Assembly (NCBI GenBank): GCA_016201805.1
Contig: JACQCB010000051.1
Coordinates: 1-30,666 of the forward strand
Source: Nitrospirota bacterium
GTDB lineage: Bacteria > Nitrospirota > Nitrospiria > Nitrospirales > Nitrospiraceae
DNA length: 30,666 bases
Reading direction: 5' to 3'
The position numbers and the translations under genes were made by a program. The notes under the pieces are model-generated. The model did not search any database. It was not told where the DNA came from and saw nothing but the letters and a program-made list of their open reading frames with translations. Positions within the stretch are counted from its first letter, which is position 1. Each line of letters begins with the position of its first letter. Positions 11,213 through 19,326 of this stretch are shown here, piece after piece.

Positions 11213-12775
11213 TTACGCCCCCTGCCCGACCGACACCGGCTTCGCACAATACGCCACGATCGCCTGCACCAACGCCGGCATGGTGTTCTCGGCCGGCACG
11301 ATGGAGACAGACAGCCCCGCTTCCGCCGCTGTCTGCGCCGTGATCGGACCGATGCACGCGACGGTGGACTGCGCCATCAGGACGTTCATTTCTGCGGCGC
11401 TCGCGAACAACCGGCAGAAGTTCCGCACCGTCGAAGAACTGGCGAAGGTCACAACGTGCACCTCCCCTTGCCGGAAGAGGTCTTTCAGCCGTTCGGCGTC
11501 CACGGAAGGCAGCACCGTCCGGTACGCCGTCACCACCCGGACCTCCGCCCCGGCGGCGCGGAGCTGTTCCGGCAGAATCTCTCGCGCCACTTCAGCGCGC
11601 GGAATCAAGATGCGCTGACCGGCGATCCCCGCCGCTTTCAGGCCGTCGATCACCCCTTCGGCTTGAAACTCCGAAGGCACCAAATCAGCCTGGAGCCCGT
11701 GTCGGGCCAATTCCTCTGCGGTACGGGGGCCGATGCAGCAGAGCTTCAGACCGGAAAGCGCCCGCACATCCAAGCCCCGATGGCGTAGCCGGTCCATGAA
11801 CGGCCGGACGCCGTTGACGCTGGTGAAAACCAGCCACTGATATCGACGGAGATCGGCAATGGCCTCATCCAACCCGCTCCAACTGTCCGGCGGAACGATC
11901 TGAATGGTGGGACATTCAACCGGGTCCGCTCCATAGGACCGCAAGAGTTGCGACAGTTCCCCGGCCTGCTCCTTCGCCCGCGTCACAAGAATACGCTTAC
12001 CGAACAGAGGGCGGGTCTCGAACCAGTTCAATTGCTCCCTCAGACGAACCACCGGTCCGATCACGATCGTGGTGGGCGGTTCCAGCCGAGCCGCCTCCGC
12101 TTTGGCAACAATGTCCCTCAGTGTTCCGACCACCGTGCGCTGATTCGATCGCGTCCCCCACCGGATCAGCGCCACCGGCGTATCGGGCGGCTTCCCTTCC
12201 CTGGTGAGGTGCTCGACAATGGCCGGAAGATTCTTCATGCCCATCAGGAACACGAGGGTCCCGCTCACCGAGGCCAGCCTGGGCCATTCTAGGCAGGAGT
12301 CTCCCTTCGTCGGGTCTTCATGACCGGTCACGAAGGTGACCGTCGAAGCCATCGTGCGGTGCGTCACGGGAATCCCCGCATAGGCAGGGGCCGCCACAGC
12401 CGCCGACACACCCGGCACCACTTCGAAAGACAGTCCTGCCGCAGCCACAGCCTCGGCTTCTTCGCCGCCCCGCCCGAAGACGAAGGGATCGCCCCCCTTC
12501 AGACGGACCACGATTTTTCCTGCCTTGGCTTTCTCCACGATCAGACGATTGATCTCGCGCTGATCCCGATAGGCGCCGCGTCCGCGACGGCCGACATATA
12601 TCCGCTCGGCCCTGGCCGGGGCATGGTCCAACAGGACGGGATTAGCCAAATAGTCATAGAACACGACATCGGCTTGTTCCAAACACTCCTTGCCGCGCAA
12701 CGTGAGCAAGGACGGATCGCCTGGCCCGGCCCCGACCAAATATACTTTTCCGCTCGTCATGCCCATGCCGCTCAC
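11213..12775 (-). CDS. cobA: Fused uroporphyrinogen-III C-methyltransferase / uroporphyrinogen-III synthase (CobA-HemD)
   Basis: N-terminal half VYLVGAGPGDP, VVRLKGGDPFVFGRGGEE, VPGVSA. C-terminal half LFGKRILVTRA, FTSVNGV, IGPRTA, TFASSSTV. The GTG start overlaps the hemC stop (GTGA); ATG at 12766 or 12760 are alternatives. Confidence 0.93.
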   Translation of the reverse strand: MSGMGMTSGKVYLVGAGPGDPSLLTLRGKECLEQADVVFYDYLANPVLLDHAPARAERIYVGRRGRGAYRDQREINRLIVEKAKAGKIVVRLKGGDPFVFGRGGEEAEAVAAAGLSFEVVPGVSAAVAAPAYAGIPVTHRTMASTVTFVTGHEDPTKGDSCLEWPRLASVSGTLVFLMGMKNLPAIVEHLTREGKPPDTPVALIRWGTRSNQRTVVGTLRDIVAKAEAARLEPPTTIVIGPVVRLREQLNWFETRPLFGKRILVTRAKEQAGELSQLLRSYGADPVECPTIQIVPPDSWSGLDEAIADLRRYQWLVFTSVNGVRPFMDRLRHRGLDVRALSGLKLCCIGPRTAEELARHGLQADLVPSEFQAEGVIDGLKAAGIAGQRILIPRAEVAREILPEQLRAAGAEVRVVTAYRTVLPSVDAERLKDLFRQGEVHVVTFASSSTVRNFCRLFASAAEMNVLMAQSTVACIGPITAQTAAEAGLSVSIVPAENTMPALVQAIVAYCAKPVSVGQGA

Positions 12776-13722
12776 GCTTTTCCGTACATCTCGCTCAAAA
12801 TCTTGTCTCCGCCTTTGGCCAGGAGCCGCTCCGCAAGCTGTACGCCGATGGCCTCGGCGTCAGTACGCGGTCCCGCAATCCGCTCACGGAGGAGTCGGCG
12901 ACCGTCCACTGCCGCAACCAGACCATCCATCGTGAGCGTCCCATCCGCAATCGTCGCATGGGCGGCAATGGGAACCTGACAGCCTCCTTCAAGCCGTTCC
13001 AGCAAGGCCCGCTCAGCCACGACTGCCGTTCTACTCGGGAGATGGTCCAGCCCCCTCACCAAATCCTTCACGAACCCATCGTCCCGCCGTCCCTCAAGCC
13101 CCAAGGCTCCCTGACCGATGGCCGGCAGACTCACGTCCGGCGACAGATACTCCGTGATCTCTTTGAGCCAGCCCAGACGTCGGAGCCCGGCCGCAGCCAG
13201 GACAATGGCGTCGTACTCGCCGTCCCGCAACTTATGGAGCCTGGTGTCCAGATTCCCGCGCAACATCTGAATGCTGAGGTCCGGCCTGTAATGCAGGAGT
13301 TGCGCCTGCCGGCGCAAACTGCTGGTTCCCACCCGCGCGCCAGGGCGAAGATCGTCGAGCGTTTTGCCCTCACGACTGATCAAGGCGTCGCGCGGATCTT
13401 CCCGCTCCGGAACGCAAATGATCTCGAGCTCATCGGGCAAAGCCGTCGGAACATCCTTCATGCTGTGTACGGCCAGATCGATCTCCTGCCGCAAGAGCGC
13501 CTCTTCAATCTCCTTGACGAAAAGCCCTTTGCCGCCGATCGCAGCAAGGGGCACGTCCACGATCTTGTCGCCGGAAGTCTTGATGGTCCGAAGCGTCACC
13601 GGCAGATCGGGCGCAATGACTTTGAGGCGAGCCTGAATCCATTCCGCCTGCCAGAGGGCCAGCTTGCTCCCCCTGGTGCCGATCACCAGTGAGGATCGTC
13701 CTGTCGTCGCTCCAACCGCCAT
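12772..13722 (-). CDS. hemC: Hydroxymethylbilane synthase (porphobilinogen deaminase)
   Basis: IGTRGSKLALWQ, GGKGLFVKEIE, AVHSMKD, GTSSLRR, RGNLDTRL, PAIGQGA and cofactor Cys in LEGGCQVP. Confidence 0.97.
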   Translation of the reverse strand: MAVGATTGRSSLVIGTRGSKLALWQAEWIQARLKVIAPDLPVTLRTIKTSGDKIVDVPLAAIGGKGLFVKEIEEALLRQEIDLAVHSMKDVPTALPDELEIICVPEREDPRDALISREGKTLDDLRPGARVGTSSLRRQAQLLHYRPDLSIQMLRGNLDTRLHKLRDGEYDAIVLAAAGLRRLGWLKEITEYLSPDVSLPAIGQGALGLEGRRDDGFVKDLVRGLDHLPSRTAVVAERALLERLEGGCQVPIAAHATIADGTLTMDGLVAAVDGRRLLRERIAGPRTDAEAIGVQLAERLLAKGGDKILSEMYGKA

Positions 13723-13742
13723 GCGAGTTTCCGCCCCTTGCC

Positions 13743-14060
13743 TTACCGTCCCGGCTCGCGAGAAGGAGATTGGAGCGGCAGAGCCGGGGCGGTCCCAGAC
13801 CCAGGCAGCTTTTCCTCCCCATCAGGCTGAGACATCGCCGTGACCTGCTGGGCCACTCCGATGTTGCCTCGATAATACGACGTCACCAAGAGAAAACTCA
13901 GTAAGCCGATGATGACCAGCAAATACGCAAGCACATCCCACCGAAAGCCCTCTGTCTCCCGGTAATCATACCCGCAACGAGGGCAATCGGGGAGCGGCTC
14001 ATGGCCAAGGTACCGGTGCCGACATTTGGGACAGGTGAAGAGCTTCGGACCTGTGGCCAT
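13743..14060 (-). CDS. Hypothetical 105-aa protein: Zn-ribbon-like CxxC-x12-CxxC, one TM helix and a Pro/Gly-rich tail
   Basis: CPKC...CPRC, then hydrophobic VLAYLLVIIGLLSFLLVTSYY. It fills the hemA-hemC gap in operon orientation and ends 20 nt before hemC. No clear SD. Confidence 0.72.
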   Translation of the reverse strand: MATGPKLFTCPKCRHRYLGHEPLPDCPRCGYDYRETEGFRWDVLAYLLVIIGLLSFLLVTSYYRGNIGVAQQVTAMSQPDGEEKLPGSGTAPALPLQSPSREPGR

Positions 14061-14164
14061 GAATCTTGCACCATTGACTTGCGCCGGTCACCAAAGCCGC
14101 TCCAGGGCCGACCGAGCCCACCCCGTCGTCCCCCTTCCGCGCTCCTCCATCTCGACGCCGGCCC

Positions 14165-15511
14165 TCATCGGTCCTTGCCGGACGGCTCGCGGTCCAGATC
14201 GGGCTCGGAGACAACCGGCACGTCCTCGCTCTTGTCGGATGGCACGTTGTCCAGATTGAAAAAGCGTTTCGCCGCCTCCACGAACATCATACTGCCGGCG
14301 CCGTTCGCTTCCACTTTCAAGGTCACCAGCGAGCCATGCAGCAATTTATTGACGATGGCCGACGCCAGCCCCTCGATCGTGCTGCGATCCTGCGTGGACA
14401 GATGCCCGAGACGGCCCATGGCCTTCTCGATTTCGGACTGCTTGATCTCCTCGGCCCGTTTCCGCAACGCCACGATCGTGGGCGTCACCTCCAGCGACTT
14501 CAGCCAGTGCAGGATGCCCGCCACTTCCTCCTCGATCATGCGCTCGGCTTTCGCGGCTTCACGGTGCCGCACTTCCAGATTCTGCTCGACGCGCGCCTCC
14601 AGATCGTCGATGTCGAAGAGAAAGGCATTGTCGATGTCTTTGACGGCCGGCTCGATGTTGCGCGGCACGGAAATGTCGATCAGGAAGATGGGACGATTCA
14701 TCCGCCTCCGCACCGCCTGCTGCACATCCTCGGCGCGGATGAGGTATTGGGAGGCCCCGGTGGAACAGAGCACGATGTCGGCCTCGGCCAGTTCCCGCCG
14801 GAAGTCGCCGAACGGAATCGCGACGCCGTTGAACCGCTCGGCCAGTTCCAGCGCCCCCTGCGGATTGCGGGTCGTGATCATCACGCGCCGGACGCCGTTG
14901 CTGACCAGGTGCTTGGCGGCCAGTTTGGCCATCTCGCCGGCTCCCACCAGCAACACCGTCTTCTCGCTGAGATTAGAAAAAATCTTCTTCGCCAGTTCGA
15001 CCGCCGCGTAGCTCACCGACACGGCGGTTTCGGCGATTTTGGTTTCGGTCCGGACCTTCTTGGCGACCGAAATGGCTTTCTTGACCACCTTGTTCAGGAT
15101 GACACTGCTGGTCTTGTGCGTCAGCGCCGCCTCGAAGGCGTCTTTGAGTTGGCCGAGAATCTGCGGTTCCCCGACGATCATCGAATCCAGACTGGCCGCC
15201 ACACGGAACAGATGCCAGATCGCACGATCGTTGGTCAGCCAATAGAGGTGAGGGGTCAATTGCTCGGAAGACAAGGACAGGTGCGTGTCGGCCAAAAATT
15301 CCTGCACGCGCGCGTACCCGGCGTCCACGTCCTCCACCACGGCGTAGACCTCCACCCGGTTGCAGGTGGACAACAACACCCCCTCTTTGATCCCCGGATA
15401 GGCGCAGAGCCGACGCAAGGCCTCGCCCAATCGGCTCTCCGGCACGGCGAGCTTCTCGCGTACTTCAATGGGCGCTGTCTTGTGGCTGATCCCGACCGCA
15501 ATGATGTTCAT
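14165..15511 (-). CDS. hemA: Glutamyl-tRNA reductase
   Basis: VGISHKTAPIEVRE, catalytic LSTCNRVE, LDSMIVGEPQILGQ, NADPH motif LVGAGEMA and DISVPRNI. Confidence 0.97.
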   Translation of the reverse strand: MNIIAVGISHKTAPIEVREKLAVPESRLGEALRRLCAYPGIKEGVLLSTCNRVEVYAVVEDVDAGYARVQEFLADTHLSLSSEQLTPHLYWLTNDRAIWHLFRVAASLDSMIVGEPQILGQLKDAFEAALTHKTSSVILNKVVKKAISVAKKVRTETKIAETAVSVSYAAVELAKKIFSNLSEKTVLLVGAGEMAKLAAKHLVSNGVRRVMITTRNPQGALELAERFNGVAIPFGDFRRELAEADIVLCSTGASQYLIRAEDVQQAVRRRMNRPIFLIDISVPRNIEPAVKDIDNAFLFDIDDLEARVEQNLEVRHREAAKAERMIEEEVAGILHWLKSLEVTPTIVALRKRAEEIKQSEIEKAMGRLGHLSTQDRSTIEGLASAIVNKLLHGSLVTLKVEANGAGSMMFVEAAKRFFNLDNVPSDKSEDVPVVSEPDLDREPSGKDR

Positions 15512-15532
15512 GGTCTGTGACAGTCCGGCGGC

Positions 15533-16336
15533 TCAGCCCACCGCTCCATGCCCTTTGAGAACCACGCCGATAAAGGTCAAAATCACGCCGGCAAAACCGA
15601 TGATGGTCAAGTAGGCCGCCCGCTTGGCCCGCCACCCGACCGTCAGACGTCCCAGCAGCACCACGAAATAAAACACCCAGGTCACCAACGCCCACAACTG
15701 CTCGGGGTTCCAGTTCAGATACGACCCGCGCGCGAACTCGGCCGACAGGGCTCCGGCGATGATGCCCAGGGTCAACAATGGAAAGCCCATCACGATCGAT
15801 TGCTGGTTCAGACGATCGAGAAAATCCAGCGGAGGGAGCTTGGCGTAGAGGACATTGAAGCGTTTCGACTTCAACAATCCGTCTTGGATCAGGTACATCA
15901 GTCCGGCCACAAACGCCACGGCAAACCCCACCGTGCCCAAGACACTCAAGGTGACATGGAGCCAGACGGTCTTCAGGACCGGCTCCAGCGTCGGGACTTC
16001 CTTGGGCAGCGCCGCGGCGGAGATGAGCGAGATCAAGGCCAACGGGAGAATAAAGGAGCCCAAGACAGGAATGCGATGTCGCACTTCGACGATCAGGAAC
16101 ACCAGGACCAGCGCCCAGGAAAAAAACGACATCGCTTCGTGCACGCTGGTCAGCGGCGCATGGTCGGCGCCCATCATCTTGGTGAGCAACGCGATGGTAT
16201 GCGCAAGGAACCCGATGCCGGTGACGATCAGGGACACCTTGGAGAGCGCTTCCGAGCGCCGCAGGAGATAGGCCAGAAAAAATGCGGTACCTACAAGGTA
16301 CAGCACCATGGTGGCCATAAAGAACACGACCGGCAT
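15533..16336 (-). CDS. CcsA/HemX-like heme-related membrane protein (cytochrome c assembly family)
   Basis: About 8 hydrophobic segments, WLHVTLS, GFPLLTLGII.GA and a degenerate Trp-rich LNWNPEQLW..VTWVFY motif; directly upstream of hemA. Confidence 0.85.
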   Translation of the reverse strand: MPVVFFMATMVLYLVGTAFFLAYLLRRSEALSKVSLIVTGIGFLAHTIALLTKMMGADHAPLTSVHEAMSFFSWALVLVFLIVEVRHRIPVLGSFILPLALISLISAAALPKEVPTLEPVLKTVWLHVTLSVLGTVGFAVAFVAGLMYLIQDGLLKSKRFNVLYAKLPPLDFLDRLNQQSIVMGFPLLTLGIIAGALSAEFARGSYLNWNPEQLWALVTWVFYFVVLLGRLTVGWRAKRAAYLTIIGFAGVILTFIGVVLKGHGAVG

Positions 16337-16389
16337 CGTCGTCTATCCTCGCAACTTTCCAGAAGAAATTTCCAGATACAGGAAAAGAA

Positions 16390-16419
16390 ATTATAGCCTT
16401 AATGATTCAGAAGCGTCAA
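16390..16419 (-). promoter_or_regulatory. Candidate sigma70-type promoter of the heme operon
   Basis: Minus strand TTGACG-18 nt-TATAAT, about 54 nt upstream of the ccsA-like start. Confidence 0.7.
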
Positions 16420-16653
16420 GGAATATCACGGGGTTTGGGAGCTAGAATACCGGCCTCCGCTATGCATGCCATACGTTGAACCAGGTTTTCAAAAAGTTGC
16501 CATCGATCCGTCGAAGTCCCTCCCGCATCAGCCGCCTACATACGCGATACGCACCGGCGTCTCGGCTCATCGGATCATTAGACTTTCTTGTCGCCCCACG
16601 AGTAGGATACCGCCGTTCTCATACCGATGAACACGGATCGCACGAGGACCTGT

Positions 16654-17337
16654 ATGGCTGGTTCCCTCTATATCGTCAGCACCCCCATCGGAAATTGGGA
16701 AGACATCACGTTGCGGGCAATCCGAATCCTCCGGGACGCGGCGATTGTCGCGGCGGAGGACACGCAGCACACCCAAGCGCTCTGCGAGCGCTACGGAATC
16801 CAGACGCCGCTGACGAGTTATCACAACCTCAACAAGGAAGACAAAACCCCGCTTTTGATCAGGCGATTGCAAGAAGGGCAGGACGTGGCGCTCGTCTCGG
16901 ACACCGGTACGCCGGTTGTCTCAGACCCCGGCGCCTGGCTCATCACCCAAGCCCTCAAAGCCGGCATCCGGGTCATCCCGGTGCCCGGGCCTTCTGCGAT
17001 CCTGGCGGCCCTGTCGGTTTCAGGTTTGCCGACCGAGCCATTTCTCTTTCAGGGGTTTATTCCGAGGCAAGCGACGGCACGGCGTCGGCTTTTAGAGACA
17101 CTCTCCAGGGAACGACGCACACTCGTTCTCTTCGAGTCCCCAGACCGACTCCTCGCAACACTTGAAACGATCGGCGCGATGTTCGGCCGTCGCCGGATCG
17201 TGCTGGCCAAGGACCTCACAAAACCGTCCGAGGAACTCATCCGCGGAACTGCCGCAGAGGTGCTGCGTGCAGTGACGTCCCGTCCTCGTGACGGCGATAT
17301 CACCCTGATCATCGAAGGCTACCGTAGCAGAAAGTAA
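16654..17337 (+). CDS. rsmI: RsmI-like (16S rRNA C1402 2'-O-methyltransferase family; tetrapyrrole-methylase fold), short and divergent
   Basis: LYIVSTPIGN.EDIT.RA, AEDT, LVSD.GTP..SDPG, VIPVPGPSA and FESP.R. Start at ATG 16654 after GAGG; 227 aa. Confidence 0.82.
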   Translation: MAGSLYIVSTPIGNWEDITLRAIRILRDAAIVAAEDTQHTQALCERYGIQTPLTSYHNLNKEDKTPLLIRRLQEGQDVALVSDTGTPVVSDPGAWLITQALKAGIRVIPVPGPSAILAALSVSGLPTEPFLFQGFIPRQATARRRLLETLSRERRTLVLFESPDRLLATLETIGAMFGRRRIVLAKDLTKPSEELIRGTAAEVLRAVTSRPRDGDITLIIEGYRSRK

Positions 17338-17366
17338 GGGAGCAGTGCGGACAGGGGCCCTGGCGG

Positions 17367-17645
17367 CTAAATGTCGGCTTTCTTGCGGATCATGACACGG
17401 TAGGTCCCTGCGAGGGGTTCTTGCCTGAGGACCGTATGGCCATCGTCGCTCACGCTGCGCGGCACATTGCGAATGGGGTCGCCTTCGTCCAGGAACACGG
17501 CAAGGACCTGCCCCGCCTTCATCGTTTCCAGCTTGAGCTTGGTTTTGACGAAGTTGTAGGGACAGATCACCCCACGCAAATCCAACTCTGCATCCGCCCG
17601 AAGCTCTTCGGAGTTTTCTCCCTGGCAAGAACGGTCGATTTTCAT
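17367..17645 (-). CDS. TusA/SirA-family sulfur-carrier protein
   Basis: LDLRGVICPYNFVKTKLKLETM..GQVLAV.LD...PIRNVPRS...GH is the TusA pattern with a CPxN variant. Start is ATG 17645 or GTG 17669. Confidence 0.85.
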   Translation of the reverse strand: MKIDRSCQGENSEELRADAELDLRGVICPYNFVKTKLKLETMKAGQVLAVFLDEGDPIRNVPRSVSDDGHTVLRQEPLAGTYRVMIRKKADI

Positions 17646-17768
17646 AGCCTGGGCGACCCCCACATCCACACAATTCGCGTTTTATGCTAACAGGCCATCC
17701 CTGTGCTGTAACAAGCGTAAAGGGGACAACAGGAAACGGAGAGAAGATGAAAAAAGGCTCAAAACGAC

Positions 17769-17792
17769 GGTGGCGGCCCGAAGGCCGCCACC
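17769..17792 (-). terminator. GC-rich hairpin, probable intrinsic terminator of the secreted-protein gene
   Basis: Perfect 10-bp stem GGTGGCGGCC/GGCCGCCACC with a cUUCGg loop on the minus strand. It is followed by GTCGTTTTGAGCCTTTTTT (imperfect U-tract) and lies 33 nt after the stop at 17826. Confidence 0.7.
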
Positions 17793-17825
17793 ATGGTTTC
17801 ACTTTCGACTGGAAAGAAAGTGCGC

Positions 17826-18566
17826 TTAGTTCCCGCCCATTCCCTTCGACAGGGTTGGCTTCTCCATTGAGCCGTAGTCGGTCTTTAGCCCCCCCGCATA
17901 ACCCCATCCCGGCTGCGGATCGCAGTTCCAGCAAGGCGCCGCACCCGTGACTTCGCCGATCTGGCTGGTAAAGCCCTTCGCCCCGGTCACTTCGCCCGGC
18001 AGTATCTGCCCGTAGCTGCCACCGGTCACCCCGCCTGAATTGGTCTCAATGCCGCGCTCTGTGCTTGGGTTCGGCCGCTGGCCGAGGCCGCCGAAGCCGG
18101 CCAGCTTCTCGTTGCCGCGCAGCACCGTGACTTCACGCACCAGCTTCCTGCCCGTGCCGAAAGGCTGACTCGCGGTCGTTTCCTCACGCACCTGCAGCGT
18201 CACGTCATCACCGGAGTTGATTACCTTGATTTGGTCCATGTTGCTCTCGGAATCCAGATACAGCGTCAGTGAAGACATGGCGCCGCTTCCCGCCCGGCCT
18301 TCATCGTGCGAGCTGCCGCCTGTTTCCAGGTGAATCTTGCGACCCGGCAGATCGACGGCAAGCACGCGGCCATAGACGGTTTCGGCTTGCGAGAGCCGTT
18401 CCAGCAACGCATTCTTATCCCAGACTTGCGAGCGAGTCCCGGTGCCGGACGATTCGCCGACGCCGGTACCGAAGCCGGAGTGCTGGGGCAGGCGCTCCTG
18501 AGCGACCGCGACGCCGACAGCGCCCCCAAGCAGGATCACTGCTCCCATCAAAAATACCTTACGCAT
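17826..18566 (-). CDS. Hypothetical secreted Gly-rich protein (246 aa) with signal peptide, possible beta-barrel/OB-like core and C-terminal CWNC
   Basis: MRKVFLMGAVILLGGAVGVAVA|QE fits a Sec signal (A-x-A); AAGGAGG SD; flanked by its own promoter and terminator. Confidence 0.85.
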   Translation of the reverse strand: MRKVFLMGAVILLGGAVGVAVAQERLPQHSGFGTGVGESSGTGTRSQVWDKNALLERLSQAETVYGRVLAVDLPGRKIHLETGGSSHDEGRAGSGAMSSLTLYLDSESNMDQIKVINSGDDVTLQVREETTASQPFGTGRKLVREVTVLRGNEKLAGFGGLGQRPNPSTERGIETNSGGVTGGSYGQILPGEVTGAKGFTSQIGEVTGAAPCWNCDPQPGWGYAGGLKTDYGSMEKPTLSKGMGGN

Positions 18567-18660
18567 GTGCTGCCTCCTTGTGAGTTAGACTATAAATGAT
18601 GAACGACAAAACCGGTCTTTCTCTGCTCACCTGCAAGCACTAGCCAAAAATGACAGGCGA

Positions 18661-18689
18661 AATATAGGCCAATCCTCCACACCTGTCAA
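18661..18689 (-). promoter_or_regulatory. Near-consensus sigma70-type promoter for the secreted protein
   Basis: Minus strand TTGACA-17 nt-TATATT, preceded by an A/T-rich tract (AGAAATTTTC). Confidence 0.75.
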
Positions 18690-18800
18690 GAAAATTTCTG
18701 GGGGTTGTGGACCAACCAGGGCCACCCACTGCCTACGGGGTGTCGCACCCTACCCACACCTCAATCCATACCTCCCGCAAGACCCCGCAATCGAGGGTTA

Positions 18801-18887
18801 TGGTGCCCGGAGGGAGGATCGAACTCCCACTCTCTTGCGAGAACCAGATTTTGAGTCTGGCGCGTCTGCCAGTTCCGCCATCCGGGC
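18801..18887 (-). tRNA. tRNA-Leu (anticodon CAA)
   Basis: Minus strand GCCCGGA-TGGCGGAACTGGCAGACGC-GCCAGA CT-CAA-AA TCTGG-long variable arm-GGGAG TTCGATC CTCCC-TCCGGGC ACCA. It is an 87-nt class II tRNA with encoded CCA. Confidence 0.97.
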
Positions 18888-18905
18888 TGCCTGCCCATCG
18901 GTCCC

Positions 18906-18934
18906 CTTCTAGCACGATCCTCTTGGACCGTCAA
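18906..18934 (-). promoter_or_regulatory. Candidate promoter of tRNA-Leu
   Basis: Minus strand TTGACG-17 nt-TAGAAG with an extended -10 TG, 18 nt upstream of the tRNA 5' end. Confidence 0.6.
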
Positions 18935-18968
18935 CCGCTGTCCCCTCTTTCCTTTCTCTTGGAGCGGA

Positions 18969-18977
18969 TGCTACAAT
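18969..18977 (+). promoter_or_regulatory. Candidate extended -10 promoter for the yggX-like gene (divergent from the tRNA)
   Basis: TG-C-TACAAT; the -35 region is poor (TTCCTT). Confidence 0.42.
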
Positions 18978-19047
18978 GCGCTCGACTCTTCAATACCGAC
19001 ACCCGACTGCTCAGGCTCGGTTTATCCTATTATTAGGAGGTTTCCTC

Positions 19048-19326
19048 ATGGCTTCGGTGCAGTGCGTGAAGTGCGGAAAGGAAGAAGAACCGATCACCGA
19101 CACTCTCTTCATGGGGAAGCTGGAGACCGAGATCAAAACCAAGGTCTGCAAAAACTGCTGGAAACAATGGGAAGGCATGCGCGTGATGGTGATCAACGAA
19201 TACCAAGTCAATCTGGGCGAGGAAAGCGGCCGTGAACTCGTCAAGAAACAAATGCGGGCCTTTTTAAACCTCGGAGAATCAACCGACACTTCAAAGCTCC
19301 AGGCCAATTACAAGCCGCCGCAATAG
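19048..19326 (+). CDS. Fe(II)-trafficking / oxidative-damage protection protein, YggX family (four-Cys variant)
   Basis: AGGAGG SD before ATG 19048. W..W.....M.INE..VN......R.....QM..FL matches the YggX pattern. Contains CVKC and CKNC; 92 aa. Confidence 0.8.
   Translation: MASVQCVKCGKEEEPITDTLFMGKLETEIKTKVCKNCWKQWEGMRVMVINEYQVNLGEESGRELVKKQMRAFLNLGESTDTSKLQANYKPPQ

Noticed and set aside
17826-17940. CWNC as a c-type heme attachment site
   Set aside because: The residue after CxxC is Asp, not His.
18700-18887. tRNA-Leu as an integration site for a genomic island
   Set aside because: No integrase, no duplicated tRNA 3' end (att) found in the window, and no obvious compositional break in the neighbouring genes.
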